62,754 nucleotides of DNA, filler included, from Sphacelaria rigidula (GCA_964200075.2; 4 parts of 4 records of this genome joined end to end with filler, not necessarily neighbours in it), one strand, 5' to 3'; positions 24,599 to 38,194 are shown, numbered from the whole stretch's first letter. A program made the numbers and translations. Notes: generated from the sequence alone by a model not told the origin.

Positions 24599-25343
24599 GG
24601 ACTTTTCACGAGAAAACGAGACGGGACGGGACGGGATAGATTCCCGCCCCATAAAATTACGACGGAACAGGAGATTCGGAGACATGTCGGGACGGGCCGG
24701 GACGGGATGAAAAATACGCCCCTAAGAACTCGACGGGACGGGAGGCGGGGTGTCGGAACGGGACGGAGGGAACATTCCGGCCCCATCCCGTCTCTTCGTC
24801 CCGGGAAAATGAAGACGGTCCCGTAAGATTCCCGTCCCGCCCTGTCCGCGGTGACGTGAATTGTGTGCCCTGAGTCTGAAACGTGTGCGCTCAGGCCAGA
24901 ATTTTGTGCAAGCGATACCTTCACGCATGATCAGTAAACAAAGAACACCGCCGATTTCAGATATATATTTACTGATCCGAGTTTACCCCCAAAATATCTC
25001 CATTTTTCCTTGAGATTGGACGGGATTCCCCGCTCCACTGAGTTGGCGTCCCGTGGGGACGGAACGAGATGTACCATGAAACATGACGGGAAACAGCCAC
25101 TAACGTCTCGTCAGGAAGGGGCGAGAACGGGGAAAACCAGGGTGGTGTCGGAACGGGACGGGACGGAAAAAGTTCCCGTTTCCCAAAACAACGACGGGAT
25201 GAGACGAGATTTTTTTCGTTGCCAAAAGATGACGGGACTGGACGGCAGGGGACAGAAAGTATGTGCCTGGAAAAACGACGGGACGGAAAAATTCATCCCG
25301 TCTCTTGGGTGTTTCCATGAGATGTATTCCCCGGGGAAAGTCC
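24599..25343. mobile_element. GGGAC-repeat-rich intronic repeat or MITE
   Basis: Many CGGGAC/GTCCCG units, with imperfect inverted ends GGACTTT..AAAGTCC. A related fragment lies at about 57035-57170. Confidence 0.5.
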
Positions 25344-25839
25344 AAGTCAAGTGTCAAATTTCATCAAATGTTGGAAGCAAACATCCGCCACTCATGCACC
25401 CCACAAGAGCGCAAAGGCGTCAAATATAATGGCGTGGGAAGAAAGTTGGCTTGGACATTCGGCGAGATTTGACATTTGACGATATGCTCACAAAACTACT
25501 GTACTGTTCGCTAGAAATTGCCCTAACGTACTTTAAACCGATGACGTACGGCATGCTATCGCGTGCTTTATCGTCGATCGACACGCGTGTCTACCCTGAG
25601 AGGTGCAAAAACATGTATTCAAAGCGCGTATAGTAGACCGTACATACTGGTTATGTGGCAATTATGGTATCATCAGACCTCCGCGGAATACCATTGTACT
25701 CGTTTTGCATCCTGCGAATGCCACCGACCCACCGACGCATCAGCGATGTCGGAACTTCATCAGTATTTCCACACCAGCTTCCCGTTCCTTCGTGCCCATT
25801 GACATCTGATTCCTTCGTCCTACATCCACCGCAACCAAG

Positions 25840-26020
25840 GGGCGAGGACTCCGTTCGGGTTGTTCGAACGGCGAATCTCGGGCTGCAGAGCGACCTCAAT
25901 GTCGCTGCAGGTATGGCCAACCAGCTTCGGGGAAAGTTGGCGGGTGCTTCGGGCTGGACGAAGCGCTTGCTAGATGAAAGAAATGCCACTCGAGAAGAGA
26001 TCACGCGTTTGCGTGCTCAG
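25840..26020 (+). CDS. exon of the same protein (coiled-coil-like segment)
   Basis: caag acceptor and CAG|gtaaac donor. Encodes WTKRLLDERNATREEITRLRAQ. Phases 2/0 fit the neighbouring exons. Confidence 0.7.
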
Positions 26021-26236
26021 GTAAACGACGGCATACGCTTGCGCGCCCCATTTATCAACAGACGGACGTTCCCACGTACTCTGAGCTGCTCACGAGGCTC
26101 AGGAGTATAGCACCAATACAAAGATGCATGGTTTGATGCAGAGCTGGACTCTGCAACTTCCTCGAGTGAAAGCGCGCCTTCCCTCCTTCCTATTCGTGCT
26201 CCGCCCTACCACTCTCGCCGAATGAACGCCGATCAG

Positions 26237-26958
26237 ATCCAAGCGATATCACCCTCGCCTTCTCAGCCCACAAGTCCGACCAACAACGCTGCCGCCTTGT
26301 CTTCTGCAAGCGCCATGAGTCCAACCAACTTCCAGCTGTCGCCATCCGAAAGCACCGGCGAATGGATATCATCGCCAAACGCCTCCGCTGTACCCGATAC
26401 TCGAGCCTCTCCGCGTCACTTCGAAGATGATCTGAAGTCGAGGGATGGTAGCGACCAAGGTTGGATGGAGAGCGACCAGAGCGATTTGATACGAAGTGCC
26501 AGTAGCAAGACGCATGTCGAAAGGGTCGGCGGGCACACTGATGTAGGACAGCCGCTCGCGACTCCAGCGGTTGGACCTACTGACAGTGTGGTAGGACTGA
26601 GCGACGACCGGGGCGTTGTTGTTGGAACGGACTCAAGTTCCTGCGGATGTGTTGAAAACGATGCTGACATCTTGGGTGTTGTCGACGTCGTCCCAGAAGC
26701 TCGCGAAGAGAAAGACGCCGTCGACATATCGGACGTTGGTGACTTACTTCGTCAGCAGGCTGCTGTGAGCCAAATTGTTCTAAAGCGGAGTGATGAGAGT
26801 GTTGAGGTGCGCAGCCTGGTTGAGGGCACAGCTTTGCCATCAAGGCTACTGGTAAAAAGCGACGACGCTGCGCCTGGGGCCCCACGAAGGAAGGGGGGAG
26901 ACAAGCGCTTCTCCGAAGATAGTGCGTGCACATTCGCGGCCCCCGGGTACGCGGACAG
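26237..26958 (+). CDS. exon of the same protein
   Basis: gatcag acceptor and AG|gttagt donor. Lies within the 286-aa ORF. Phases 0/2 fit. Confidence 0.75.
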
Positions 26959-27920
26959 GTTAGTTTCTGGCATGTTTAAGTCGCAGCCCGTGACACTCCG
27001 CGAACTACATGTCAGTTGCTTACATCCCGAATTTATGTCATGTCACCGGCTTCGATTGGACATAGGAGGTTGTCAAGAATGATATGTTGGCCATGAATCC
27101 AGAGGCAGTATTGGCAGGGTAACTGGTAGTTCGGATTATGTCGGATGCTGACTGAAACGTGTTTTATACTTTGTATATAGTAGTCGTCGCATAATCAAGG
27201 TAAGACATGATTTGACGTATGGTTCCTTCCGTGAAAATGGGCAAGGGAGGAGCTGAAAAGAAACGTTATTCAGGGGGCATGAAGCGTTATCTTGAGCAAA
27301 ATTGAAGAGCTGCGTTTCATTGCTGGCGCCTCGACCACAATCTCTTCGCGTATCCCAAAAGTCAACGGTGGCTTGCCTGTGAACCAATGACATACCACTC
27401 GGTGTTTCAATCGCCTACGAAGCGTCTCCGATCCTGTTTCTACGCGATGATAGCGTAGGCCTGTGCACAGAGACAAGTTGCCGGGCATGCGCCGAAAAGA
27501 TCACAACGTGCTGCTTCATAGCGGCTACAGTAGCGAGCGGGGTGACCCCTGCAAAGTTTCCATTACTCAACCTAGACACTTGCCAGATATAACACTTGGA
27601 AAATCCACCTGAACATATTGGTGCTTGCCATTTGTGTGATGAGGGTTACGGTTACGGTTAGGATTAGGGTTAGGGTTGTTCTTGGTCTCTCTCTCGTGCT
27701 CCAAAATCTGCGTTGTTCCAGCTACTCATGACCTTTGGCAGCCTCGATTTGTCAGCCCGAAACACCTCGCCGAAAACACTTGTGAACCTATAAAAAGTCT
27801 GAAAACAACTTGCACTGTTTTCCGAGAACATGTTTTTGCGAGCTCATTCTAGTTGTCACTCTTGCGTCGTCTCGATGCTCATGTTTGTGTTTACGTACTG
27901 GCGCCATTGCTCGCACGCAG

Positions 27921-30528
27921 TGCGGCCGATGAACGAGAGATGGAGTCATGGCCGGAGGTGGGGCAGTGGGAGCTCCACGGGCCTGGGGTATCTAATTTAG
28001 CCACAGCGCATGACATCAACGATACGCTCGGCGCAAGCACAACGAGTACTTTCGAGGCGCCGACTTATCGCCGTTCCCCGGTGGTGAACGATAACCAAAT
28101 ACGCTTGCCGGGTGACGCCACGAATCGAGAGGACGGAGTGGTAGATATCGGCGGCTCGCTTGGGGTCACCGTAACAAGTGATGAAGCCAAGGTGATCTCG
28201 GGGAGTGTTTTGGGAAGGACGGTTGGATACGACGATGTTCAGCAGCAGCAGCAAACGGGGAACACGATAACGGCGGCAGTTCCCGTAGTAGGTGATATGG
28301 TTTCCAAGCACGATGACGTTGGTGGCCAACAACATAGACCACGGAGGCAAAGTTCGGTTCCGGAGTCCGCTCGGGACGCAATGATATCTAAGCATACAGC
28401 CAATACTTTGGGAGCAAACCTGAAGAGATCTGGCAAGGGCAGGTCGCCGTCCGTTGGCTTGGCCAGCGGTGCTATGGGGGGACCGACTGGTTTCGTTGTC
28501 ATGAGAGCGACGGCGTCGGCTAATAGGGTTATTACGGGAGGTGATGTATCCTTTAGAGCGCAGACATGTAAGGTGGATCCAGCACGGGAGAGTTCGCCCC
28601 GAGATTTCTCGAGTACTCTCACGGAGGAGCCAAAAGTATGTTGCAGTACACGCCGCCCGCCCTCCAGTGGTACAGCGGAGGCGTCGGCACCGTACCGAGG
28701 AGTAAATAGTATGCTCTCGGAGAGTAATAGAGTGGAGGAAGTGTCGTATCCCACGACGAGCTTGATTGTCGGCAACACGGAAGGGAATCTGGCCGAGATT
28801 TCCTCGAATTATGAAGCGAGCGAGCCAGCAAGGTATCCTGATGCAAGTAGTCTAAGCTCAGCATTATACATGGAACATCCATCGCATCCTGGTTCGGGGA
28901 GCTTGCTCATCAGCGACGAGCAACGCGCGATGGGTTTGCTAAGGAGTCTCACCACGGCGAGGGGAGATGCGGTTGTAAAGGGGGAGGACGGCACGTTTAG
29001 GCGAGTGTACCTAACGAGGAAGGACGGCGAGTTTCGGGGCTCGAGTGCGAGACAAGACAGTAGTGGCAGTATTACCGGGATATTGACTCGTCGGGGGGAG
29101 GAGATACCGCTCTCTGCACCTGCCTACCACGCGTCCGCGCCACCGGAGACCATGTGGAGCTCGACAGGAGTCGCCGCTGATGTGACGAATATTGGAGAGG
29201 TCAGCGAGGATTCTATTGATGCCATGATCAGTGCCGCCACTGCCAAGATGAGAGAGAGACGCTTGGGTGTGGTCCATTTGGCCCGTGCAATTGAGGAACC
29301 GGCGCCACAATCTTCAGTACAGCAAGCGAAGATTAGGGACGGCAGTGTTGACCGGGGAAGCGCTACGGCGAATGGAGTGGGCGATGAACCGCCCCCGCCG
29401 CCGAGCGTTACGGTACAGACAGATATCCTGACCTTGACAGAAAAAGACGCACCCAGATGCGACGAGCTAAAGTCGGCGTCCAGAGGACGCACGGCCAGGA
29501 AGGGGGTAACGGAGTACAACGAGAGGGGTATAACGAGTTCTCGAATCAAAACCCCGGGAACGTGTTGTATTCAGGATGGATCCGCGGAGAGCGCGGCAGT
29601 CGCGAGTGAAGATACAGACGATGCGAGGGATTCCGCAGATTCTGCCGCCCATAGAACAGGGAGGCGGGGACGGCGGGGACGGCGCGGACGGAGTAGATCA
29701 CCAAGGACGTCACGAAGTAGATCACGCACTAAGTCACCGGCGGCGTTGCCAGGTACAAGTCCAACCAGACACAGGAAATATAACAAAAAGGGATCACTTG
29801 GTCCGGACACCCCGGAGGATTGTGCACGCCCTGCTTCCCAATCGAAAGAAATCCACGAAAGGGCGAAAGGGCGGGCAGAAGTGAAGCTTATTCCGGAGAA
29901 GGGAACGACCGGAAATTCGAAACCAGGCGGGAAGATGAACAAGAGGCAGCGGGGACTACCGGCCGAACAGTCGGCTACATCTGCCGCTCCGACGCTGGGG
30001 TCAAGGACAGGTGCGCAAAAGAGCAAGATCTCGGGCAACAATGAGTTGGGAAGCGCGAGAAATAATCGAGTGGTGAGCAGATCGCCGTCGCCGAGATCTC
30101 CTGCCGTTTGCGACACGCCACGCAAGGATGTATCATCACCCGAGAAGGTGAAGGATCGCAGGGGTACACCATCGCCAATGAAGGTGAAGGATCGGTCTGC
30201 AGGAAGTAGTCGGAGAAGGAAACGGAAGCCAGACCACCGCACGACTGCCCCATGTTATGCAGTTGTCGCAGCAACACAGGACGATGTCGAAGATATCCAC
30301 GTGAGAGCAGGGCCGCCAGCCGAAAACCATGCCCCAGTTATCGATAGCAAACCTGAGCAGAAGGTCCCAGCCGAGCGGAAAAAAAACAGCAAGAGAACAG
30401 CTGAGCAGGTAATCACGGCCGAACACGTCCCCCCAGATCCAGCGGAAGCGGAGAGCATGCTAGGGATTCTTGCCAACCTCTCTCTAGAGCTCAAGCGACG
30501 ATTGCGCCGGGACAAACGTCGCTGCACC

Positions 30529-30559
<31 letters not shown>

Positions 30560-30920
30560 AAGGACGGGGCGGGGTTGGCGAGAGCGCCGGACATGGCGGC
30601 CGTAGTGGGTGCAAAATCTTGTATGCCCAGCCTGTTGCGGATCAAAACTACGCTTCCACCGATTCTGCTGCTGCTGCTGCTGCTGCTACCTCCACTGCCG
30701 CTGATAATGACGATACACAAGGCGGTATTGTGGGCGAGTGCCGGCTGCTAGAGGACAGAGTTTTGGCGTTGGAGGCTGCAGTGACACTACCAGGAACCTG
30801 TTCACAGTCGGGAGTTGTTCAACCGACAGGAACCGTCTCATCATCGGTAAACGTTACGCCTTTAGGAAACCATCTGCCATCGGCAATCCACCCGCAGAAC
30901 TTCCCGCTGGATGCTAGTAG
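27921..30920 (+). CDS. 3.0-kb exon of the same protein (S/R/A-rich, probably disordered); gene continues past the contig end
   Basis: cacgcag acceptor and AG|gtgagg donor, within a 1023-aa open frame. The phase matches the previous exon. Confidence 0.85.
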
Positions 30921-31331
30921 GTGAGGTGGTTTCTACAGCTACGACTAGCTGATTTGTGTTACTGTACGCACTGAAAATCTACGTCCCTCCTGTTCGCCAT
31001 GTTAATCGAGGGTCTCGTAGACACGAGGCACGGGGATATCAGGAAGTGGGGATATAATTAGGTTCTCTATATCGCCAATGGTGTTTGAAAATATTGTACG
31101 ACAGCAGTATAGTGTGCATTCAGAAATCTTGTTAGGACGTCAAACTCGATACGTTCTGTAATCAGTTTTGGCTATTCAACGTTGTGGCAGATCATATCTA
31201 CCGGTGAGGCATGATAGATACCGCGGACGAAAAGTTCAGCGAGCGGTACTGTTCAAAACCCTGTTCTGTTTGGTAAAAGCTGCCGTTTCACCAGTTTGCC
31301 CTATGCGGGAGTACTGTTGCCTCGGGGGGGG

Positions 31332-31431
31332 NNNNNNNNNNNNNNNNNNNNNNNNNNNNNNNNNNNNNNNNNNNNTTAATTAATTAANNNNNNNNNNNNN
31401 NNNNNNNNNNNNNNNNNNNNNNNNNNNNNNN
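31332..31431. other. artificial contig linker
   Basis: 44 N + TTAATTAATTAA + 44 N. Confidence 0.95.
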
Positions 31432-31449
31432 AGGCTGCATGAAGCGCCT

Positions 31450-31590
31450 CATATGGGCGACATTGGCGAGAACAAACCCAAGCGTGGGAATCCCCAGCTG
31501 CTCGTTGTGCTCGGCTTTTCCAATTTCGATTTACGTGAAGATTTTTCCTCCCCAAACCAGGCACTTTTTTGAGGGGGAGGGGGGCTATCG
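31450..31590. repeat. dispersed repeat (second copy at 41568-41705)
   Basis: Both copies share TGGGCGACATTGGCGA..GCTCGGCTT..CAAACC..CACTTTT..GGGGGCT. Confidence 0.6.
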
Positions 31591-34241
31591 TAGAAAGTGT
31601 CAAAACGTGAACCCGAGTGAGACCTCATAAGGTCCGGATGAATCGAACGAAGCGGCAAGGGTGAGCGCGAAGATATCTTCGGTATGTGGGTCCAATGGAA
31701 AAAATCAAGAGCAAAAATGAACACCGCAGACTGCTGCCGAGATAGCCCCCCCCGAACCGGCCAAAAACGTGCACGGAGGCGATGAGCATAAATGCCGTCA
31801 GAGTTGGTAGTGGGCTGCACGACGCGACTCATTTGGGCGTGATAGCTTATTTTGGACTACTACACGCCTCTCATGTGGGTGGAATATCTGCAAACGAGCC
31901 CAATAGTGGGATCGCAGCCGGTTTGTCGGACGGTCTCCGGTGCACTTTTCGTGGGGGGCTATCTCAGCATTAGTCCGCAATATATGTTTCAGGGGTCGAA
32001 CCGGTAGCGCCGTGACAAGCTTTCATATGTACGATATCGCGACAGACGTCATGTAACCGCAGGAGGTGGAATGGCGGGCACTACCATATGAACGATGGGT
32101 CCCAGGTGATGAAGAACCGAGTACGCGGTAGGCCATGGAACGACAGGGTTCGCGCGGGATGGAGAGCCGAAAAACGAACAAAAGCCTGGTTAAAATTATT
32201 TCATCGACAACCAACCAATTAAATGAAAAGAAAAAAAGAACGAATGAGGATTCTAATTCTTGACGCACGAGCTAGGTAGATAGATATACCGATCCTGCAC
32301 CATGGTTCCACGGTAAAGAAATATACTCTCACTGTAAAGATGAAACGATTTCAACAGATTCAAAAAACCGCAGCACATTTGATGAAATGGAATCCTATTC
32401 ACCTAATCTGTACGACACCTGCAACAGCAACCACCACACTCAGTATCACCACCACGACACCCAGAACGAGACGTGCCTGACAGCCGAAAGCCGTACCCAC
32501 CAACGTAAATGGACCATCACCTCTACAACGGTAAAGTTGAAACTGCTCACGTGAGAAAGCCCAAGAAATCACCAGAGAACAAACTTGAAACTACGTTGTT
32601 CAGTAGCCGTTACATGAAACGGCGACAAAATTGACGTGCACTGCTCAACGCGCACAGCATAATGCATTCACCACTCTTCCTGCTACGCCAATGGTACCAT
32701 ACATGGCTAACGTACAATCCGGACGTATGTATACATGAAACCGATACAACAATAGACGTGCCCTCCTCACCACTACTACCTCTTCTACAATGTAAGACTA
32801 CAGGTATATGCCCCCGTCGACCGTGGTGTCTGAAACAAAATTCCGGTTCTGCTTTGGAGGAATGGCCTCCCGAGTAAAGTTGAACACTACACTCGCTCTA
32901 CAAAAGATACGATCGGCCATCAAACGAAGACTAAGCTACGTTTGTATGTACAATACATTGCTACTTACTTACCATATCGTGCAAAAAGATATGCGCGCTT
33001 GGACCGACCCATGGCCGCGGTACCATGGTCGAGGAACAGGCCACTAAACTCTGGAGTCAACTTCATCACTGGGGAGCCGTCTTCATCGCTTTCGAGACGC
33101 TAGTTACAAGATATACAAGATTACAGCGAGCCATCGTAGCACAGGCATCACTGAAGAAAAGGCTCCTACTGTATGAGGGATATTCACAGCCACCTAGCCC
33201 CCGACAACTATACAACTATCCGGTCGAGGGGATACAATGCCGCGTGTTTTCAACTCTCCACTATCCAGCTAAACTAGGGAACGGTCAACGCACGACCATA
33301 ATAATCGAGTATTCCTATTTCCATTTCCACGGACAATGAACAGATTCTGCGCTATCCCCCGACGTTTCCAGCCAGAGCCTGTGGCATCCAATTGAACCAC
33401 GGTAGATTCTTGATGTAGTTACTGTCCACGATTTCATCGAGATTTCCCGTTGTAAGCAACTCCAGAGCGAAGCTGAGAAGATGATGAACGGCGTCCATGA
33501 CGGCACCATGCCCCAGACCGGGGACACTCGCGTAGTCTTGCATTGCGGGCACCGAGTTGCGCGAACATCGACCAGGCAGTATGGCGCGTACGACGGAGGG
33601 CTGCGGTCAGTGCCTTGTACAGTATTGCCATACTTGGTGAGTGGGCTAATGACACGGTCTCTGCTGCTGCGGAAGTATATGCACCGCCCCAAACACGCGG
33701 CGCTGTAGTTACGAGAAGAGGTCCTGCGACTCTGCGGGACTATGTTCGTGTGAACGGGGTAATCAGTAGGGTCCACGGTACTGGACTCATGGTACCGTAG
33801 TGAGGCATTCGTGTTATATGTTCTGACCGTTACATGCGGTGGAAATTTGCTGTCACAGTTGGTGTGTTTAGGACCCACGTACGTACAGTCTTGGTGGTCG
33901 GTCATGACACTCCTACCCACCTCGACTCTTCGCCTTGCCTGGTTTTACAATGATATTCTTCTACTATCCTGATCCACTGACGGCCGTGTCCCCTGATCGA
34001 CTATACCGGTCGTATCCATCGAACTGACCCACCGGATCGCAGATCACGGAGCAGCTACTGGTCTTCGACCCTCGCGGTTATCTCGTGCCTCTAACCCGGC
34101 TACGGTTAGGGTAGGGTTAGTGGGACCTGGAAAGGTGGCAGTGTGGAAATGTCATGACATCTGAGGGGCCACCACTTTCGCCCACCACTGGCACTTCGGC
34201 ATGCGTCAGTGGCACCTCAAGTACGACCTTGCATTATAGTA

Positions 34242-34740
34242 TAACCTCAATCTGGGATGTGGATATCTCTCAGGGAAATCCCAGATGGATACCCATATCT
34301 CAGATAGATAACCAACATGAATCTGAGACGTCAGATCCGTCTGGAATACCCAACTGGGATATAGATATCTCTCTCTCCGGGACATTCCCTTGGGGTATGG
34401 ACATCCATTTGGATATGTCAGATGTACATCCCAGACGGACATCCCAGATGGACATCTACATCCCAGAGAGATGGACGTACATCTGGAATATGGATATCTT
34501 GAATGGACGTTCATGTCCCAGATAGATTCTCAGATGAATCTGATATCCCAGATGGATCTGATATCCCAGACGAATCTGATATCCCAGATGGATCTGATAT
34601 CCCAGATGGATGTGATATCCCAGATGGATGTGATATCCCAGATGGGTGTGATATGCCAGATGGATGTGATATTCCGGATGGATGTGATATCCCAGATGGA
34701 TGTGATATCGCAGATGGACACCCGTTCCTGAAAGAGGTTG
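34242..34740. repeat. 18-bp minisatellite array inside an AACCTC..GAGGTT-bounded element
   Basis: About 11 tandem units of GATATCCCAGATGGATST at about 34520-34718, with degenerate units upstream. Confidence 0.85.
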
Positions 34741-35831
34741 CACGGTAATGCAAGGCTTACACCTTGAGGTGAACGTGGGACATGCCAGAGTCACTGACAT
34801 CATGCACGATAATCGAGAGCACCCGAGTGTTGCATTTTTTGCACCGTTCCAATAGGGAGAGCTGTTCGTTGTCTCCATGCGCTACAGATTCGTACCTTCG
34901 GGTGAGGGGCCGTACATGATGTCCGGCGGTGATCGATCGGTGAGGGCCTTAAACGCGATCCTCGCCCACCCAAACAGCTCGTTGAAGAGTATAAGCTGCG
35001 CATCCAACTCGATATGTGCAGGGTTGCCTTCCGCTGACATGCCAGCGTACACGTGCGCCGCCTGGAGCGCAAAAAAAGCGAAGTGCGACTCAGTGAGGAT
35101 CAGCATAGATGTACTGAAGACGCACGGTCAATGCGTACTGGCTTGAGCAGTAGCTGTATGTGTTGTTCATTGATGAGTATGTCGGCGACACTTCCGCGTC
35201 GATGCGGAAACCGGGGCGGGTTTTTTTTTTGCGCGAGTAGGGCTGGTGGTTATCGACACCAACACACGTTCGACGCAAATGTATATAGCCTAGCCTCAAT
35301 ACGTGGACGTGATCCAAAATATGACCGGAAACTGGTACAAGAGACGCCGAACACCGAGTCGCGTTGGGAAAGACAACATCTGACTTGAAGCAGAGGACAG
35401 CAAAACAAGTGGTGAAGTGCGTGTCCATGTTGTTGCGCAGTGCTCATTTTTCCATTCGCGTGTACGGCACGGCACCTGTGCATCAACGAACCACTTCGAT
35501 TATCAACGGCACAATGCATGAAGCCTACAACGAACCCCCGCACAGAGTGACAATGCGATTTCTCACCAGGCGCGGACTCGTTTGATGCCACGTGTAGACA
35601 CCGGCGCGGTAGACAACCTTGCCATCTTCCTGCAAAATGTAATAATTCAGGTCGAGGCCGGGCCAACACGGTTTGAAGGCAGATGAAAACACGCGTACAC
35701 TGAGTAGTACCGCGATGCCCCCCCCCCAAAAAAACCAACCTCAAAAACGCCGGCCACATCAGTGCCACACAATTCCACAATATGTTCCCCAACGATCACA
35801 CGTAAGGGCAGCAATCAGTGCCATCCCCGAC

Positions 35832-35981
35832 CTTGCTTTCTCCTCTTTGTGCTCCCCCGAAGTCTCCAACCGCCAGCTGTACAAGGTCCAAATCGTGCGT
35901 ATTCCGGACATATATGTTATCCATCTTCAAGTCTTTGTGCATGAAGTTCCTCTCGTCGCCGGCGATGATGAACCGCAACAA
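35832..35981 (-). CDS. kinase exon, subdomains VIb-VII
   Basis: Encodes LLRFIIAGDERNFMHKDLKMDNIYVRNTHDLDLVQLAVGDFGGAQRGESK. cgcag acceptor and AAG|gtcggg donor. Confidence 0.75.
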
Positions 35982-36027
35982 CTGCGTACGCCGTTAGAGC
36001 GCCGGGGGGCAGGAACGGAGAGTACTG

Positions 36028-36276
36028 GAGTCATGCTACGATAGGGGGGGGGGGGTCGATTCCACGAAAAAATTGGCTCATAGGTGCGTCAGATGACCCC
36101 ACACACTCGCGATGCGCTTGCATTTGGGTAAAAGTCATGTCGAACAGTATAAATGAGCGTTATAAATCGGAAGCAAGCGAGTTCGAACTACCGTTGCTGT
36201 TGTCAACGACGATTGCGAGTACAAATTCGTGGAAGAAAGCGGCCGAAAATACCCCCCCCCTATCGTAGCATGACTC
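36028..36276. mobile_element. MITE with GAG..CTC TIRs and 4-bp TSD (Sola2-like)
   Basis: TIRs are GAGTCATGCTACGATAGGGGGG / CCCCCCTATCGTAGCATGACTC. ACTG is duplicated at 36024-36027 and 36277-36280. Confidence 0.85.
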
Positions 36277-36842
36277 ACTGGTGGCGTCGCTGCGTGAGTC
36301 TCGCCCGTGTGATGATACTCAGGATGTGATACACATTGTTTTCTAAACTTATGATTTTTGTTTTTCCCCTTCAAGTGATGTTAGCGTTCAAAACGGACGA
36401 CGCGGGCCCTAAATTTTTGTCGACGTACAGGAGTTTGCAAGCAGTGGCAGAGTTCTTTCACACCTTCTGATGCCCATAACGAGATCAGTGTTTTCCCAGA
36501 TGTTCTGAATAATCCCCCACAACTAGTGTCTGGGCTATTTAATAGAGTTTAGGAGCAATGGTGTGGATCATGCGGGGCGAAGGCGCCCCAGCACGCAAAC
36601 CGTGTAGGAGATCTGTACTAGTTTCATAAAGGGACATTTCTATGAGGGCGGGAATGCTTCTAGTTAGTGCACTTGTCGTGTAAGCATGAGCGCTGATAAA
36701 CTAATTGTACAATATCTGACCCATACACAACAATTTGCACGCATTGTATTCCTGCTGGCCACGACGGCACATGTGGTTGAAATCCTTCTCTTTTCTAAGG
36801 ATAAGGTCTTTCGCACTTTCCTGTTGACCGCTGTTGTACCAC

Positions 36843-37452
36843 GAGCTGGGCCAGTCAAGAGTTTCTATTGGCGGCTGAACAGTTTCGCCCATCTTAATTT
36901 TAGGAGTTCACGAGCTGAATGTTTGGCATGTGATTTACATCATCAACACGCGGTACATTTCCGAAGCAACAAAGAAGGAAACAACAGGAAGTTAGAATGG
37001 TTATAAATTTCAGCAAAAAAATAAAATAAAATAACGTCATAAACTCCGTGAAAAGAGAAGCATCTGTTGTTGCTTCCGTCACGAATTTTGAAATTGCCTG
37101 CAGAAAATCCTGGTAAAATTTCGACTCGCGACTCCTAAAAGTGAGCTGCGTATACAACGTTTTGTGTGACACCGCTGCCCCTCGGCGATTCAACTGATAC
37201 AGGAGACTCGCGGGTTTGGAGGTCAGGAGTTCGACTCTCGACAGAACATTGTTTTTTAGCAAAATCTGGTTCCGTGGTTGAGATCATGTATTATGCAGCG
37301 CGTTTTTATTCATTCTTTGTTTTTGAGCGGCAGAGCGTCCATCGGCAGGTTGGTCTGGAGTTCACAACCATATAAGTACATCGAGCCGATTCGGGAAGCT
37401 GAACAAGTTGTTGTGTGCCGGGAGTATGCACGTTTCATGGCTGGCCCAGCTC
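36843..37452. mobile_element. ~600-bp non-autonomous DNA transposon (GAG..CTC), copy 2
   Basis: TIRs are GAGCTGGGCCAG / CTGGCCCAGCTC. The flanks CCAC/CTAC form a near 4-bp TSD. It is an inverted homologue of 239-833. Confidence 0.65.
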
Positions 37453-37525
37453 CTACAGCCGTTTGATTGTTGACTTTGTGAACCATACTGCCGGATGTTT
37501 TGGATGAATTCCATGCCGTGCTCAC

Positions 37526-37613
37526 CTGGTTTACGACACGAGTAACCGCTTTCAGCTCGGTCATGTCCATCTGTCCAGTCGCTCTCGCTTCAACCAGCAG
37601 TTGCGCCAGTGGC
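37526..37613 (-). CDS. kinase exon, subdomains V-VIa
   Basis: ccacag acceptor and CAG|gtgag donor. Encodes PLAQLLVEARATGQMDMTELKAVTRVVNQ. Phases fit both neighbours. Confidence 0.65.
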
Positions 37614-38194
37614 CTGTGGTTCGTCGTGACACACGCCGATCACAGTATTGTGTTGCAAGACAATGGGTACGGTGGCATAGTCCACTACATACAGTACTCT
37701 TACCTTTTATTTTCTTACATTTTTCTCATTTTTTTTCTGATCACGAGCTGGAGTGTTGCAATCAGCTACGTAATGCGAGATCATCATATTTTCGTGTTGT
37801 TTGTTTGTGTGTTATGCATGTGTTTGTTTGTCGTTTTTTTGTTGTTATTGCTGTTGTTGTTTAGTTCTTGCTGTTGTTGCTTGTTGTTGTCGTTGGTGGT
37901 GTTGTTTTTGTTGTTATCGCTGCTCCCTTTCTTCCCTTCCTGAGGCCGTTGCTTCTGTCTTTTCCTGTTCCTATTTTTTTCTTCTTTTATTATTCTCTTA
38001 TTTTTTTGCTGCTCCCGACCACGGGCTGGATTCTTGCAATCGGCTATTGTGAGATAATCTATCAGTACAAACCTGCGGCAACGCTGCTGTAGACTCAGCG
38101 TGATCGAGATCCGGTTAACTGCATCAATCCGCCGTTCAAGGCAACTTGAAGTCAGGGCTCAATCTCTCTCTCTCTCTATGTATATATATATATA

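Noticed and set aside
27997..30720. Numerous antisense and alternative-frame ORFs over the 3-kb exon (and over 60810-62196)
   Set aside because: They are shadow ORFs expected in GC-rich coding sequence.
34390..34878. Repeat-protein ORFs (MDVISQ, DIPDGC, GYHIHL) or a CRISPR array
   Set aside because: The 18-bp units are directly tandem with no unique spacers, no cas genes are present, and frames are open on both strands simply because the unit lacks stops.
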